From: a virus
Reading direction: 5' to 3' (one strand)
DNA: 64,000 bases
Virus record (IMG/VR): IMGVR_UViG_3300027806_000039
Location: 1 to 64,000 of that record
Numbering within the stretch: the first letter of the stretch is position 1; every line of letters begins with the position of its first letter. Shown one piece after another: positions 1-10,140 of this stretch. The position numbers were made by a program, and so were the translations under genes. Below the pieces are notes generated by a model. The model searched no databases, had not been told where the DNA came from, and saw only the letters and a program-made list of their open reading frames with translations.

Positions 1-752
1 GGGTAGGCCATGAGCCGTTGATCGGGAATCCACTGGGCCCACGGCACCGCGTGGCCGTTGCGGCCCACGCTCACGACCAGGCCGTGCAGCACGAGGCACA
101 CGGCCTGCTCATAGCTCTCGGGAAAGATCACCTCGAGCGGGCGGAACTGCCTGGCGGTTTCCTCCCAGCCCTCCGGGAACCGCGACACCGACACCCACGG
201 CCCGCCGGCCTGGTTGAGTCCGCCCTTGCCGGACGTGCCCACGATCGCATGCTTGAACTGGTAGTCGCGCGGCTGCACCGTCTCGGGGAGCATGCCGCGA
301 CGGACGGCGATTTCGAGCACGGCCCGGACGTTGGCCCCGCCCCACTTCCGCGGGTTGGCATCCGCATAGACCGACAGCGGCGAGAGCCAGACGGACCCGA
401 AGTCTTTCGATTCCTGGTAACGGAAGTCCTTTTTCGGGCCGCCGTAGTTCACGCCGCGGGCCCGGTTGCGGGCCGCTTCCGCGTTCGCCCGGAGACTGTG
501 GCACGTGCATTCGTGGGTCGGATTCTGGTTCGTGAACCGGTCGAGGAAGTTCATACCCCACGATCCGGCCGCGTCGTTCTCACGGGCCTTGGCGACCCAG
601 TCGCGCGGCTCGATCCAGAGCGACTCCGGGAACTCGCGCGAGGCGTCCCCGCATGCGTCGCGGAGAGCGTCGGTCGTGTCCTCCGCGGCCAGCTCGGCCG
701 GGTAGCCGTCGTGCTCGTGCGGAAAGAAGTCGATCAGGGAGGGGTCAATCAC
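1..752 (-). CDS. Papain-like (C1) cysteine peptidase, truncated at window edge
   Basis: Not in the ORF track. My translation from GTG 752 gives MIDPSLIDFFP...NQNPTHECTCHS...GRNGHAV, with a Q-x5-C motif and downstream His; analogous to 20177-21175. Confidence 0.6.
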   Translation of the reverse strand, partial: MIDPSLIDFFPHEHDGYPAELAAEDTTDALRDACGDASREFPESLWIEPRDWVAKARENDAAGSWGMNFLDRFTNQNPTHECTCHSLRANAEAARNRARGVNYGGPKKDFRYQESKDFGSVWLSPLSVYADANPRKWGGANVRAVLEIAVRRGMLPETVQPRDYQFKHAIVGTSGKGGLNQAGGPWVSVSRFPEGWEETARQFRPLEVIFPESYEQAVCLVLHGLVVSVGRNGHAVPWAQWIPDQRLMAY

Positions 753-1126
753 GGCACGGCCTCCATCACCGCGGCTTCGCTCGCCGGGGCCGGCGTCACG
801 CGGATCACCTGCCCGCCAGCCAGGGCCACGACCGCGGGCAGCCCGGCCTTGCGGGCCGCCTCCAGGGCGAGCCGATACTGCGTCGGAATCTCTCCGTCGC
901 CGTTGGTCGTGTCGTCCTCGAGGAGCGTGGCCACGATCTTCCGTTCACGGTTCAGCCGGTTGACCGCCACGGTCACGTAGGCCGGGATCGCGTGGTCGTC
1001 CTTTTCGTAGACGTACACAGCGGCGGTTGCCGGCCCGGCTGTCTGCTGAGTCGTGGCGCGGCAGCCCTCCACACGCGGCAGAGTGAGCAGCAGCAGGCCA
1101 GCGACGATGAAGGCGAACGGCCTCAC
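749..1126 (-). CDS. Exported/membrane-anchored hypothetical protein (lysis module)
   Basis: GTG start at 1126 with hydrophobic N-terminus RPFAFIVAGLLLLTL; 4-bp overlaps with both neighbours. Confidence 0.55.
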   Translation of the reverse strand: MRPFAFIVAGLLLLTLPRVEGCRATTQQTAGPATAAVYVYEKDDHAIPAYVTVAVNRLNRERKIVATLLEDDTTNGDGEIPTQYRLALEAARKAGLPAVVALAGGQVIRVTPAPASEAAVMEAVP

Positions 1127-1377
1127 GGCTTCGGTGCCTCCGGCTTCAGCAGCTCGTCGAGGAGCTGCTGGCACACGGCCACGGCCTGCGTCTTCCCGGC
1201 GTCGCGGAGCCGGGCCGCGAGGTCGATCACGAGCCGAAGGTCGTCCACCGGGGCCCGCTCGCGGCGGCGGCCGAGCAGTCCGCGGATCCACTGGCCGCCC
1301 TTGGTGGCGAGCAGGATCAGGCCGTAGCCGACGCATGCCGCGGCGAGGGCGTATTGGGCTATCGTCAAGTAGTTCAC
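1123..1377 (-). CDS. Small membrane protein
   Basis: One N-terminal hydrophobic helix; overlapping start/stop codons. Confidence 0.6.
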   Translation of the reverse strand: MNYLTIAQYALAAACVGYGLILLATKGGQWIRGLLGRRRERAPVDDLRLVIDLAARLRDAGKTQAVAVCQQLLDELLKPEAPKP

Positions 1378-1640
1378 GGCGTCTTCTCCAGATCGGCGGC
1401 GAGGGCGACGAACCAGCGGACGAGGGCCGCGCCCTCCGCGGTCTTCAGGATGGCGGCCACGTGGCCGGCCAATTCGTCATCGACCCGGCTTTCGGTCTTC
1501 GACGCCAGCCATTCGAGGGCGTCGCCGATGATGACGTTTCGCTTGCCGGCGTCGGTCTCGGCAGAGAACCGCCGGGCGTAGCCGAGCAGGGGAGCCCACT
1601 CGGCGAGGAGCCGGATGTTTTCGATCGCCTGGAGCGGCAT
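1374..1640 (-). CDS. Conserved phage hypothetical protein (homolog of 21788-22093)
   Basis: Shares EWLASKTxSxxDDELxxHVAAxLKTxEG with 21788-22093. Confidence 0.75.
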   Translation of the reverse strand: MPLQAIENIRLLAEWAPLLGYARRFSAETDAGKRNVIIGDALEWLASKTESRVDDELAGHVAAILKTAEGAALVRWFVALAADLEKTP

Positions 1641-1641
1641 G

Positions 1642-2025
1642 TCAGGCGGTCCTCACGAGCGGTAGCACTTGCTCCACGGCACCGCTCGCGATTGCGAGAA
1701 CGAGCGAACGGACGGCCGGGCGGGCGAGCACCCAGAGCGGGTACACGGCCGACGGCACGGCCTTATCGGCGACGAGGTCGAACAGGCTGCCGGCCGCCTC
1801 GAGCACGATCGCCTTCTTCTCGGCCCCGGTGAGCCCGCTCACGTGGTCGAGCGTTTCGCAGCTCACCCGCAGCAGCGCCACGAGCAGCTCGCCGAACTCA
1901 CGCCACGACAGGCCGTCGGCGGCGGCCGCCTTCGCGGATTGCAGGAACGCGGAGACACGCTGGGCGATGTCGGTGTAGTGGCTGGCGGCGGCGAGCGGCG
2001 GGTTTGCGATCGATCCTGTGGTCAT
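1642..2025 (-). CDS. Hypothetical protein
   Basis: ORF coupled to neighbours; ATG 2025 overlaps the upstream stop. Confidence 0.6.
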   Translation of the reverse strand: MTTGSIANPPLAAASHYTDIAQRVSAFLQSAKAAAADGLSWREFGELLVALLRVSCETLDHVSGLTGAEKKAIVLEAAGSLFDLVADKAVPSAVYPLWVLARPAVRSLVLAIASGAVEQVLPLVRTA

Positions 2026-2309
2026 TTGATGAGCCCTTGTTCCCAGAGTTTCTTTGCCGTGTCGACGTTGCAGCCCAGTTCGTAAGCGAGCACCTCGAAG
2101 AAGGTGACCGTGGGCTTCGGCCGGCTCGTGATGCACCCGATGCCGACCGACTTCTTTGGCTGGTAGTGAACGTGCTCGCCGCCTTCGCCCGGGGGCGCGA
2201 GAGCCTCCCGGCCGTGAGCCGTGTGGCGGAACATCGACTCGTTGATTCGGGCCCGTGAGATCACGTCGGCTCTCCTACCACCATTGTACGTTTGTCCACG
2301 TTTGCCCAT
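2022..2309 (-). CDS. Hypothetical protein
   Basis: ORF in operon orientation; start uncertain. Confidence 0.5.
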   Translation of the reverse strand: MGKRGQTYNGGRRADVISRARINESMFRHTAHGREALAPPGEGGEHVHYQPKKSVGIGCITSRPKPTVTFFEVLAYELGCNVDTAKKLWEQGLIK

Positions 2310-2351
2310 GGTTGCAGTGCTCCCCGTCGTCGCGGGCCTGGAGTAGGCCGC

Positions 2352-3227
2352 CTAGAGTTCCGGCCCCCACGCCTCGAGCACGACCTTGCGCAGATCGTCG
2401 AGCGTGCCGTCGTTGTCGATCACGCGGTCCCAGATTGCCTGCATGATGCCGTGCTCGCTCGCGTGCTCCGCAGGCCCTTCGACCCCTGGCCGCAGCACAT
2501 GCCACACGCTCCCTCCGCGGTCCTGGCGGATGTAGTCGGCCTCGTTTTCAAACCGTACGTCGGCCACGGCAATCGTCGTGATGCCGGACTCGATCAGCTT
2601 CGTGATCCGCCGATCGAGGAGCCTGATCCAGATGTCGTCGCACACGTGCCCGCGACCCCATTCCGTGCCGAGAGTCTGGAGCAGCTGCCGCACGCTCTTG
2701 CCAACCCACGGGATCGGCGACTCCTTGAACTTCCGCTGCCGAAGAATCGCCTCCGGAATGTCGAGCATGGTCGAGAGCATGGCGTAGAGCGGATCGGCCA
2801 AGCCGATCACGAACGCTCCAGGGATCATGGACGCGACCGCGTTTTTCCCGGCCCCGGCCCGGCCGGTGATTCCGATGACCGTGGCCTCCACGCCGGCGTC
2901 GGCCGACCAGACCAGCTCGGCCGTCTCCGCGGCGGCCTCCGGCTCGCGGGCCATCTGCCGCGTGCGGTCGGCCTTCTCGCGGATCCCGGCCCAGGCGGCG
3001 GCGAGTTGCCCTTCTGGCATTGTCGCGCCGAGCAGGAACGGCTCAGGCTCGCGGACCTCGACGGGCTGGACCGGCGTCAGTTCGATGCCTGCGATCGAGT
3101 CGAGAAACGCTTGCGGCACGTCGGGCAGGATGGCCGCAGCCTGGGCGGCATCCTTTGCAGCCGTAGCCGCCATCCGGGCCGCGACGGCCTCCCGGAGCGT
3201 GCGGTTGATTTCGTCCATGTTGCTCAT
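2352..3227 (-). CDS. Deoxynucleoside monophosphate kinase with N-terminal extension
   Basis: P-loop IGITGRAGAGK, LADPL, RQLLQTLGTEWGR, DVRFENE, HASE, DNDGT motifs typical of phage dNMP kinases. Confidence 0.85.
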   Translation of the reverse strand: MSNMDEINRTLREAVAARMAATAAKDAAQAAAILPDVPQAFLDSIAGIELTPVQPVEVREPEPFLLGATMPEGQLAAAWAGIREKADRTRQMAREPEAAAETAELVWSADAGVEATVIGITGRAGAGKNAVASMIPGAFVIGLADPLYAMLSTMLDIPEAILRQRKFKESPIPWVGKSVRQLLQTLGTEWGRGHVCDDIWIRLLDRRITKLIESGITTIAVADVRFENEADYIRQDRGGSVWHVLRPGVEGPAEHASEHGIMQAIWDRVIDNDGTLDDLRKVVLEAWGPEL

Positions 3228-4408
3228 CGCGTCGTCATCCTCGGGCCGGCCACGTGCATCGACGCCAGCCCGCCGGCCGTGTCGTAGAGAAACAGTTCCA
3301 TCGCCTGCCGCGGGCCGATGTAGCCCTCGCTCGCGTGCCAATCGTCTGCCGGGCAGATGGCCGGGGCCGTCCGCACGATCACGCCGTCGATCGTGTCGAT
3401 CGGCCGCGTGACCTCTGCGGCCTGGTGGTGGAGGTGGGCGGTGTGCCATTCGCGATATGGGCACTTAGACCACCGGTCGGCGGCCTCGATCGCCATAAGC
3501 TGCGGCAGCTTCTTGCGGGCCTTCGTGTGGCCGTGGGTAAAGCCCAAAAGATTTCGGCCGTGGGTCAGGTACTTCCGCGGCGTGAATTCCCCCTCGACCC
3601 GCACCCGCTTATCGTTTCGGAACCGCTCGGCGAGGATGCGCTGAAAGGCGAACGTCATCGCTTCGTCGTGATTGCCGGCGACGACCAGCGTGTCGCACTG
3701 GGCCACGCCGGAAGCCGCATCGACCAGGGCGAGCATCGCGTCGGTGCCGGTGCCGAGCATCTTCGGCAGCCGTCCGTCTCGTTCCAGCGGCGTGCCGCCC
3801 GTGGTGGTGCCGTGCGGCGAATCGTAATGGAAGACATCGCCAAGCATTGCCACCGTGATCCGCTCCGGGGCATGCACGGCCGCGACCTCGAGCAGTTGTT
3901 CCGATGCCTCGCGCACGAGCCGCGCCGCGATGTCGAGGTCGTAGTCTGCCCCGGCCGTCCGCCGCCAGGCATACTTGCCGAAGTGGGGGTCGGCCACGAT
4001 GAGCACTGCCCAGCCGTCGGCATGCTTCTCTCGTTTGGCCTTTGGGCGAATTGGCTGGCGAATCTCACCCTTCGCCGCCTGAATCATCGCCTCGACGCAT
4101 TCCCGAACGGTCGGCCCAGGCCGCGGCTTCAGCCGCACGAACACGCGGTGCAGCTCGGTCACCACCGGCTCGCCAGTGGCCTTGTCCGCCGTCAGACCCT
4201 CCCACTTCGTAGCCTCGCTCGTCGCCACCTCAAACTTGGTGAGGTCGGCTTCGATGTGCCTCAGGAGGTCGTCGACTGTGCGGATCCGCGTGGACACACT
4301 GCGGGCCTCACGGCAGCCGCCTTCGGTGTCCTTCGTGTTGACCTCTTCGATCGTGATGTCACCGGCCGCCACCGCGGCCTTGGCAACTACGCTTTTCGTC
4401 GGAGCCAA
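3224..4408 (-). CDS. Calcineurin-like metallophosphoesterase
   Basis: DPHFG, GDVFH, GNHD, HGH and HLH motifs; TTG start inferred. Confidence 0.8.
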   Translation of the reverse strand: MAPTKSVVAKAAVAAGDITIEEVNTKDTEGGCREARSVSTRIRTVDDLLRHIEADLTKFEVATSEATKWEGLTADKATGEPVVTELHRVFVRLKPRPGPTVRECVEAMIQAAKGEIRQPIRPKAKREKHADGWAVLIVADPHFGKYAWRRTAGADYDLDIAARLVREASEQLLEVAAVHAPERITVAMLGDVFHYDSPHGTTTGGTPLERDGRLPKMLGTGTDAMLALVDAASGVAQCDTLVVAGNHDEAMTFAFQRILAERFRNDKRVRVEGEFTPRKYLTHGRNLLGFTHGHTKARKKLPQLMAIEAADRWSKCPYREWHTAHLHHQAAEVTRPIDTIDGVIVRTAPAICPADDWHASEGYIGPRQAMELFLYDTAGGLASMHVAGPRMTTR

Positions 4409-4635
4409 TTCTGCACCCCCTGTCGCTGCACGGTCGCAATACCCAGTTCCTTCAGCGTCTTTGCGATCGCATCCGCCGCCGGAGCCAGCCGCGTGCCGAG
4501 CTTGCCGGCCTTCCATGCGGCTTCGAGCTCGTCGAGCGTCGGCTGGTGTTTGGGATCGATCCGGTGCCACCATCCGAGCAGCCGCGGGCCCGGCAGATGT
4601 GCGAGGACCATTTCGACGGCGTTCGGCTTTCCCAT
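4387..4635 (-). CDS. Small hypothetical protein (positional analog of 40939-41196)
   Basis: Immediately upstream of the phosphoesterase in both phages; similar W...WL pattern. Confidence 0.55.
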   Translation of the reverse strand: MGKPNAVEMVLAHLPGPRLLGWWHRIDPKHQPTLDELEAAWKAGKLGTRLAPAADAIAKTLKELGIATVQRQGVQNWLRRKA

Positions 4636-4702
4636 CGCTCCTCCGCAGGTGGGGGTGTCGCATGACAGACTGCCACACCTGAAAACGTGGTCAATGCCGG
4701 AA

Positions 4703-5149
4703 TCAGTCTTTTGCCTTCGCCCCGGCCCTGCGGCAGGCGAGCAGCACCAGTTGCGTCGCCCCGAAGTCAGTCCACGGCAGCCGCGTGCGGCCGTCTGACC
4801 ACCGCTTGGCGTGCTCCGTCCGCATGACGCCGAGTATTTCCGCTAGGCCCGCCTCAGACTCGCACCAGTCGGGGCCAAGGGCGTTCATTCGCGACGCCAT
4901 CGACTTGCACCCGCATCCAGCGTCGGCCTCGATGCCAAGCCAATCTCGGAGGATGGCGGCAAGTTCGTCGCCTGGGAGTGGCCTGCGAGTCGGCTTTTCC
5001 CTGGCAGCGCCATAGCCTTGGCTCATCCGGCATACGGCAACAGGCGGCCTTTCGGACTGAAGCCGCACTCGCCTGCCGCACACGCCGCAAAGCCACGCAT
5101 CATCATCGCGGCGAAAGTCGCATGGCGTTATGACGGAGCGATCGTGCAT
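4703..5149 (-). CDS. Cys-rich hypothetical protein next to tail fibre
   Basis: CxxC, CGC and WC motifs; follows the tail fibre gene. Confidence 0.55.
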   Translation of the reverse strand: MHDRSVITPCDFRRDDDAWLCGVCGRRVRLQSERPPVAVCRMSQGYGAAREKPTRRPLPGDELAAILRDWLGIEADAGCGCKSMASRMNALGPDWCESEAGLAEILGVMRTEHAKRWSDGRTRLPWTDFGATQLVLLACRRAGAKAKD

Positions 5150-8100
5150 TTGATTGGCCCGTTTCCAAAGTCGAAAAACGTGACATCCCAGCGCGGCGCG
5201 TTTCCGTAGAAGGTCGGCACCTGCACGATGGTGTGGCACCACTCGGCCCCTTCAAGGCCGTCTCCATAAGCGTCGCCGTGAGGCGACGACCCACCCCACG
5301 CCATGCTGTAGTCCTTTGACAGCAGTTCGCTTGGGCATGGATTGAGCGAGACGCGGTTTTGATACGGCTCTCTTTTGTCCCAGAAATGACCGCAATCGAG
5401 AGGGTCTTGTGGGTCTGGCGTTGGTGGCGTCTCGTTGCCAGTCAGCGTCGCAAGATGCCCGACAGGCGAGTTGATTGTCAGCCCCCACCCGGTGCCAGAC
5501 GTTTTGTAATCGGACCCCGGCTGCGTAACAGAGATTGACGTAACCTGCCCGAACGTCGGCGAGCCGACTTCGCCATCTACGGTCGCGGTCGCCTCCGCTC
5601 CAGAGCCTACGAGGCTGATAATAAACACGGCCGGCTCGTCAACATCAGCCGTGCCAGTCGATTCAGACAGGTAATACGACCCTGGCTCCCAGACCGTCAC
5701 CGACTCAATAATTCCAGTCGATTTGTAGTATTCGCCGCCGCCGCCATACCACGGGAAATTGACCGACGAAATCACCCCAGTATCGCGGTAATACGAACCA
5801 CCCTGCGAAATGCCAATTCCAGTGATGGCCCCGCTGCCATCGACCGACGAGACGTAGAGGTACGAGCCAGACGCCTCAATGTCGCCCGTGGAGATAAGCA
5901 CCTGATCCCACTGGCTGTATCCGCTGCCGCCGTTGGTGATGGCGACCGACGACACCGTCCACGAGTCGCCAGACGCCGACAGCGACGGGGCCAGCACCGC
6001 ACCGCTTCCGCTGCTGTACGGCAGGCTTGCGGTTACGTCCGGTTGGCTTCGCACAGTACTGATCGTGGCCGACGCGCCGTAGACCTCCGTACCGTCAGTC
6101 ACGGTGAACGTGACGTTTGTGCCGTCTGTATAGCCAGTGCCACCGTTGGTTACAGTGACCGACGACACGCTCCAAATATCGAGGCCGTTCCAGTCCGTTG
6201 ATTGCCCGAGCGTGACGGAAAGACTAGCCCCCGAACCGCCAGAAACAGACGCCTTTACCGTTGGCTCGACTCGCCCGGTCACGATATAGGCCGATGCCGG
6301 ATAGTCCGTTGTCGCCCCTTCTTCTGGCGTGAACACGACCGCTTCGTTTCCGGCGTATCCGGTGCCGCCATTTTTGACGGCTACGGACTTCACGCCCCAC
6401 GTCGCCGACTCGCCGGTGCCGCTCTGCGTCAGCGTGGCCGTCAGCGCGGCCCCGCTGCCAGTGCCACCAGACAACGTGACGGTCATGTCTGGCTCTGTCC
6501 GCGTGAAGATTTCGCGGGCGTAGCCTTCGCCTGGATTCGTGATCGTGATTCCAGTTATGCCGCCCTCGCCGTCAACTGACGTAACCTCGGCCGTTGCTGC
6601 GAATCCAGCATTTGTCGGCGCGGCAATGTTTACGGTGGTTGCAAGGCCGACCGGCACTATTGAAACACTGACCGGAACGTCCAGCCCGCCGCCGCAACTG
6701 ACTGATGTGAAATTCCCCGAGAAGCCGGACTCGCTAGGCGGCAACGGCATAAAGCCCGTGTATTCAATTCCGCAGCCTTCCAGGCGGTCGAGGACTACCG
6801 TGCAGTCCTGCTGAACAAGGCTGCCGCTCCATCCGCTTATGCCAGACAACGTGCCGCCGCCACGAAGCAGCATCGTGTAGGTCTTTCCGCATTGGTCGCA
6901 AAATGGACTGTAAGGAACGAAATTCGGCCACTGCTGGCCGTCTCTCTCGTAAGTGCCTCCAGCCGGGTCTGGACACGGCTGCATTCCAACGACGCCGCTA
7001 TTACGCGACCCCCAGACGTAGATATCCCCCATGCCGGACAGCGTTAGGGTTATCTGTTCTGGCAAGTCGCACCCACTTTGCGACGACTCCCCGCACTCCC
7101 CTTCGGCAATCGTCACCGTGCCATTCGTCATGCACGAGTATTGTCCCGAGAAGTGTTCGGCGTCGAACGTCAGGTCGGTGCAAGGGATTGGGTTGCCCTC
7201 GTCGTCAAGCGATGGCCGCGATCCCGACAGCAAGGTTGTTGCCGCATTGTTCGCCGCCCTCCGCACGACTGTCATCGTGTGATTCGTCGCACCAAGGCTC
7301 AACGACATCTGAAGCGTGCCGCCGTAGTTGTCTGGGCAGACTGAACACACGCGATCGCTGACATACTCGCAGGCGTTCTGCCCGAATATCTGACCGCCAT
7401 CCACAAGCTTAACCGCCGTGATGACACCCGGCTTGTAGTAGCGGCCAGCGGTGAGAAGCTCGACGGCAGTTGGACGCCCATTCGTGTCGTAATACTCGCC
7501 ACCGTCAGTGATCGTGAACGATGTGATAGCTCCGCTTTCATTCACGGCTATCGTTGCCGTCGCTGCCCGTACCGTGGTCGCAGTGGTTCCGGTCATGTAA
7601 AACGAGACGGTGTCAGACGCGGTGAAGTCGCTGGGGAACCACCACCCAATCCCGACAGACGAGACAGACCACACCTCGCGTCCGTTCGCGTCGGTTCCTT
7701 GCGTGCGGCCCACAACCAGCCCGCCGTCGAACGCGCCACCGCCAGCGCGATTTATGCGGACGCCGAATGTCGGGGCGGCGCGGTTGATCTGCGTGATCCG
7801 CACCGTGGCGGCTTCCTGAACAACCACGCCCGGCTCGGGTACATAACTAAATGTCGATGGTATGTAGACAATCGCTGGCGTCAGCGTGACGGTGGCCCCT
7901 TCTGTGTACCCAGACCCTCCAATCGCCGATCCGATGCTTGCAACCCGCCAGTACGGGTTGCCGTCTTCTGCGGCCTGTTGCTCATACGTTACCGGGACGC
8001 TGGCAACACTCATGCCTGAAGGCACTACAGCCGGCGTCATCCGCAGCGAAGTCGCCGCCGGCTGCGTCGTGGCAATCGTGATCGTCGCCTCTGGCTGTTC

Positions 8101-8466
8101 TGTGATGCAGCCATTTGACGAAAACACGACCTTGTCGCCGATGGAGTAGTTCGCCCCGCCGTTGGTGAGCTTGATTCCTGTCACGGCGTAGCTGCCGTCC
8201 GTCGCGCTACGGGCCGTTGTGACCGAGAACGTCGCTCCCGATCCGGTCGCTGATGGCACCGACGCCGTTACCGACAGTGTCGGGTCTGGCGGCCGCTTCA
8301 ACTGGAACGTCACGTTGTCAAGGAACGAGCACTCGTTGCAGTTCTCGGTGCCGTGGGCGAAACCCGAGAACGTTGCCGTGAGGCAGAGCGGAGCGCAGCG
8401 GGGGCATGGCTGGCATGGCGGCTCGCCACCGCCGCAGCATCCGCATGGCGTGCCGGGTAGGAACAT
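5128..8466 (-). CDS. Large tail fibre / adhesin-like virion protein
   Basis: 1112 aa, Gly/Ser/Thr-rich, repeated (I/V)TNGGxGY units, Cys-rich N-terminus; downstream of tape measure. Confidence 0.7.
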   Translation of the reverse strand: MFLPGTPCGCCGGGEPPCQPCPRCAPLCLTATFSGFAHGTENCNECSFLDNVTFQLKRPPDPTLSVTASVPSATGSGATFSVTTARSATDGSYAVTGIKLTNGGANYSIGDKVVFSSNGCITEQPEATITIATTQPAATSLRMTPAVVPSGMSVASVPVTYEQQAAEDGNPYWRVASIGSAIGGSGYTEGATVTLTPAIVYIPSTFSYVPEPGVVVQEAATVRITQINRAAPTFGVRINRAGGGAFDGGLVVGRTQGTDANGREVWSVSSVGIGWWFPSDFTASDTVSFYMTGTTATTVRAATATIAVNESGAITSFTITDGGEYYDTNGRPTAVELLTAGRYYKPGVITAVKLVDGGQIFGQNACEYVSDRVCSVCPDNYGGTLQMSLSLGATNHTMTVVRRAANNAATTLLSGSRPSLDDEGNPIPCTDLTFDAEHFSGQYSCMTNGTVTIAEGECGESSQSGCDLPEQITLTLSGMGDIYVWGSRNSGVVGMQPCPDPAGGTYERDGQQWPNFVPYSPFCDQCGKTYTMLLRGGGTLSGISGWSGSLVQQDCTVVLDRLEGCGIEYTGFMPLPPSESGFSGNFTSVSCGGGLDVPVSVSIVPVGLATTVNIAAPTNAGFAATAEVTSVDGEGGITGITITNPGEGYAREIFTRTEPDMTVTLSGGTGSGAALTATLTQSGTGESATWGVKSVAVKNGGTGYAGNEAVVFTPEEGATTDYPASAYIVTGRVEPTVKASVSGGSGASLSVTLGQSTDWNGLDIWSVSSVTVTNGGTGYTDGTNVTFTVTDGTEVYGASATISTVRSQPDVTASLPYSSGSGAVLAPSLSASGDSWTVSSVAITNGGSGYSQWDQVLISTGDIEASGSYLYVSSVDGSGAITGIGISQGGSYYRDTGVISSVNFPWYGGGGEYYKSTGIIESVTVWEPGSYYLSESTGTADVDEPAVFIISLVGSGAEATATVDGEVGSPTFGQVTSISVTQPGSDYKTSGTGWGLTINSPVGHLATLTGNETPPTPDPQDPLDCGHFWDKREPYQNRVSLNPCPSELLSKDYSMAWGGSSPHGDAYGDGLEGAEWCHTIVQVPTFYGNAPRWDVTFFDFGNGPIKCTIAPS

Positions 8467-8467
8467 C

Positions 8468-9148
8468 TCAGCACTCCGCAGCGACGAGCATCCACGTCGT
8501 TTCGACAAGGGTGCACATCACAAACCGCGTACCCGCTTCCGCCGGTGCAGCCAGGGTTGCAAACTGGTTCAACGCCGAAAATGTCTGCGACGGCGTGTAT
8601 TCGCTCCCGTCTGGGTACAGTCGCGTCACGGTTGCCACGGCACCTTTATTCCAGGCCGACGACACTTCTCCAAATCTCGCCCCTCCATCGCCAAGCATTA
8701 CCAGCGACCAATCCGAACCTTTCCAGATCACGGACTTGATCGCAAGGGACTCAAGGTCTTCGTCGCGGACCTGAACAACCCCAGCAACGGCAACTCGCCC
8801 GATGCCGTTGGCCGCGATTGGCTCAATCGCCACGCAAAACGCAGTTGTTGAAGAAGTCGGGTTGTCGATTGTGGCAATCGGCACCTCTTGAAATTGAACC
8901 GTCTCGGCATCGCTGTCTGTGTTCGTTGGAACGACGGCCATGCCGGTGATTGCCTTCACGCCCCATCGCGGTACTGCCGCCGCGCTGCTTGCGTATATCC
9001 ACGAATACGGAGCGTGTGGTCCGGAAGGTATTCCACTGCCGCCAAATCCAGCGTTTACCCGCAGCAGGCGATTCAGTCCGTTCACCTGCTCGGCGGCTAG
9101 CCGAAGCCGCTGCCCTGGCAGAACGTTGTGACGTGGGTCAGATGCCAT
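8468..9148 (-). CDS. Minor tail protein
   Basis: Position in tail module; C-terminus resembles 42838-43287 (W...T.T.T.....N.F..L). Confidence 0.55.
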   Translation of the reverse strand: MASDPRHNVLPGQRLRLAAEQVNGLNRLLRVNAGFGGSGIPSGPHAPYSWIYASSAAAVPRWGVKAITGMAVVPTNTDSDAETVQFQEVPIATIDNPTSSTTAFCVAIEPIAANGIGRVAVAGVVQVRDEDLESLAIKSVIWKGSDWSLVMLGDGGARFGEVSSAWNKGAVATVTRLYPDGSEYTPSQTFSALNQFATLAAPAEAGTRFVMCTLVETTWMLVAAEC

Positions 9149-9159
9149 CAGTCACCACC

Positions 9160-10140
9160 TCACGCGATGTTGCCGCCGCCGGCCGGAGCCTGCTGACCTT
9201 GGACGCCAGCCCTGGCCCTGCCGACCTTCTTGGCAGGGTCTGCAATTAGCAACCCTTCGGCAAACCAGTTCTTTTTCTCAAAGACTTTGTTTTTGTAGAC
9301 GTACTTTGGCCGTCGAATGAGCGTGCTGCCGCTCACCGCGTCTTCGTATTTGATCCAGATGTATTCCCAGCCTTCCTTTGGGATGGTGTAGCCAATGCCA
9401 GGCGTATACCACTCTGCGTTTGGTGCCATCTGGTTTGGTCGGCACTCAAACTCAAACGTCACCGGGGCATACGGCTGGTCTCCCTGCCATTGGCAGCGGC
9501 CTCCCATGAATAGTGATTCCCCGGGCTCAAACACTCGAAACTTCGCGTTGTTCACGGTGCCAGTGAGCTTGTGAACGGCTCCCACGAATGCGTCAGACAG
9601 TGCAATAGACGCCGGCAAAATCCACGTTTCCGAATACCGCATGCTGGGGCGCACGACGTCGATGCCTTCGACGGCGTTACCAGACACGTTGATAGCGCCC
9701 TCCATGGTTGGTGTTTCCGGATCCTCCGGATACTTCGTCTCCTCGAGGGCCTGATAGATCCGTTCCGTATGGCCTGTCGTGTCCCACGCGATTCCACCTG
9801 GCTGCGGTTTTTCAATTCCTCCGCCGCCGCCGCCGCCACCACCGCCGCTGTCGTTGTTGTCAAACTTCGGAACCAGCGTCTGGTAGGTCGCCGTGCAGTC
9901 GAAGTAGCGGTTTCCGACGCCGGCCACGTCGAGCCGCTTCCGCACCCAGAAAATTCCGGCTCCGTCGCTCAGCACGTATGGCGGTGCGTAGAGGCTGATT
10001 TGAGTGACGCAGTCGTTGAAGCCAAAGCATCGCCCGATGAGGTATCGCCGCTTCACCTCGAGGGTTTCGCCAGACTCCATCTCGTTGGTGACGGAGCCGG
10101 ACATTGAATCCTGAAGCTCGTAGCAAACTTCCACGCTCAT
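9160..10140 (-). CDS. Putative distal tail/baseplate protein
   Basis: Directly after the tape measure gene; positional analog of 43292-44173. Confidence 0.55.
   Translation of the reverse strand: MSVEVCYELQDSMSGSVTNEMESGETLEVKRRYLIGRCFGFNDCVTQISLYAPPYVLSDGAGIFWVRKRLDVAGVGNRYFDCTATYQTLVPKFDNNDSGGGGGGGGGGIEKPQPGGIAWDTTGHTERIYQALEETKYPEDPETPTMEGAINVSGNAVEGIDVVRPSMRYSETWILPASIALSDAFVGAVHKLTGTVNNAKFRVFEPGESLFMGGRCQWQGDQPYAPVTFEFECRPNQMAPNAEWYTPGIGYTIPKEGWEYIWIKYEDAVSGSTLIRRPKYVYKNKVFEKKNWFAEGLLIADPAKKVGRARAGVQGQQAPAGGGNIA

Noticed and set aside
5128-8466. Diversity-generating retroelement target in the tail fibre
   Set aside because: No reverse transcriptase, and no template/variable repeat pair with adenine-specific differences was seen
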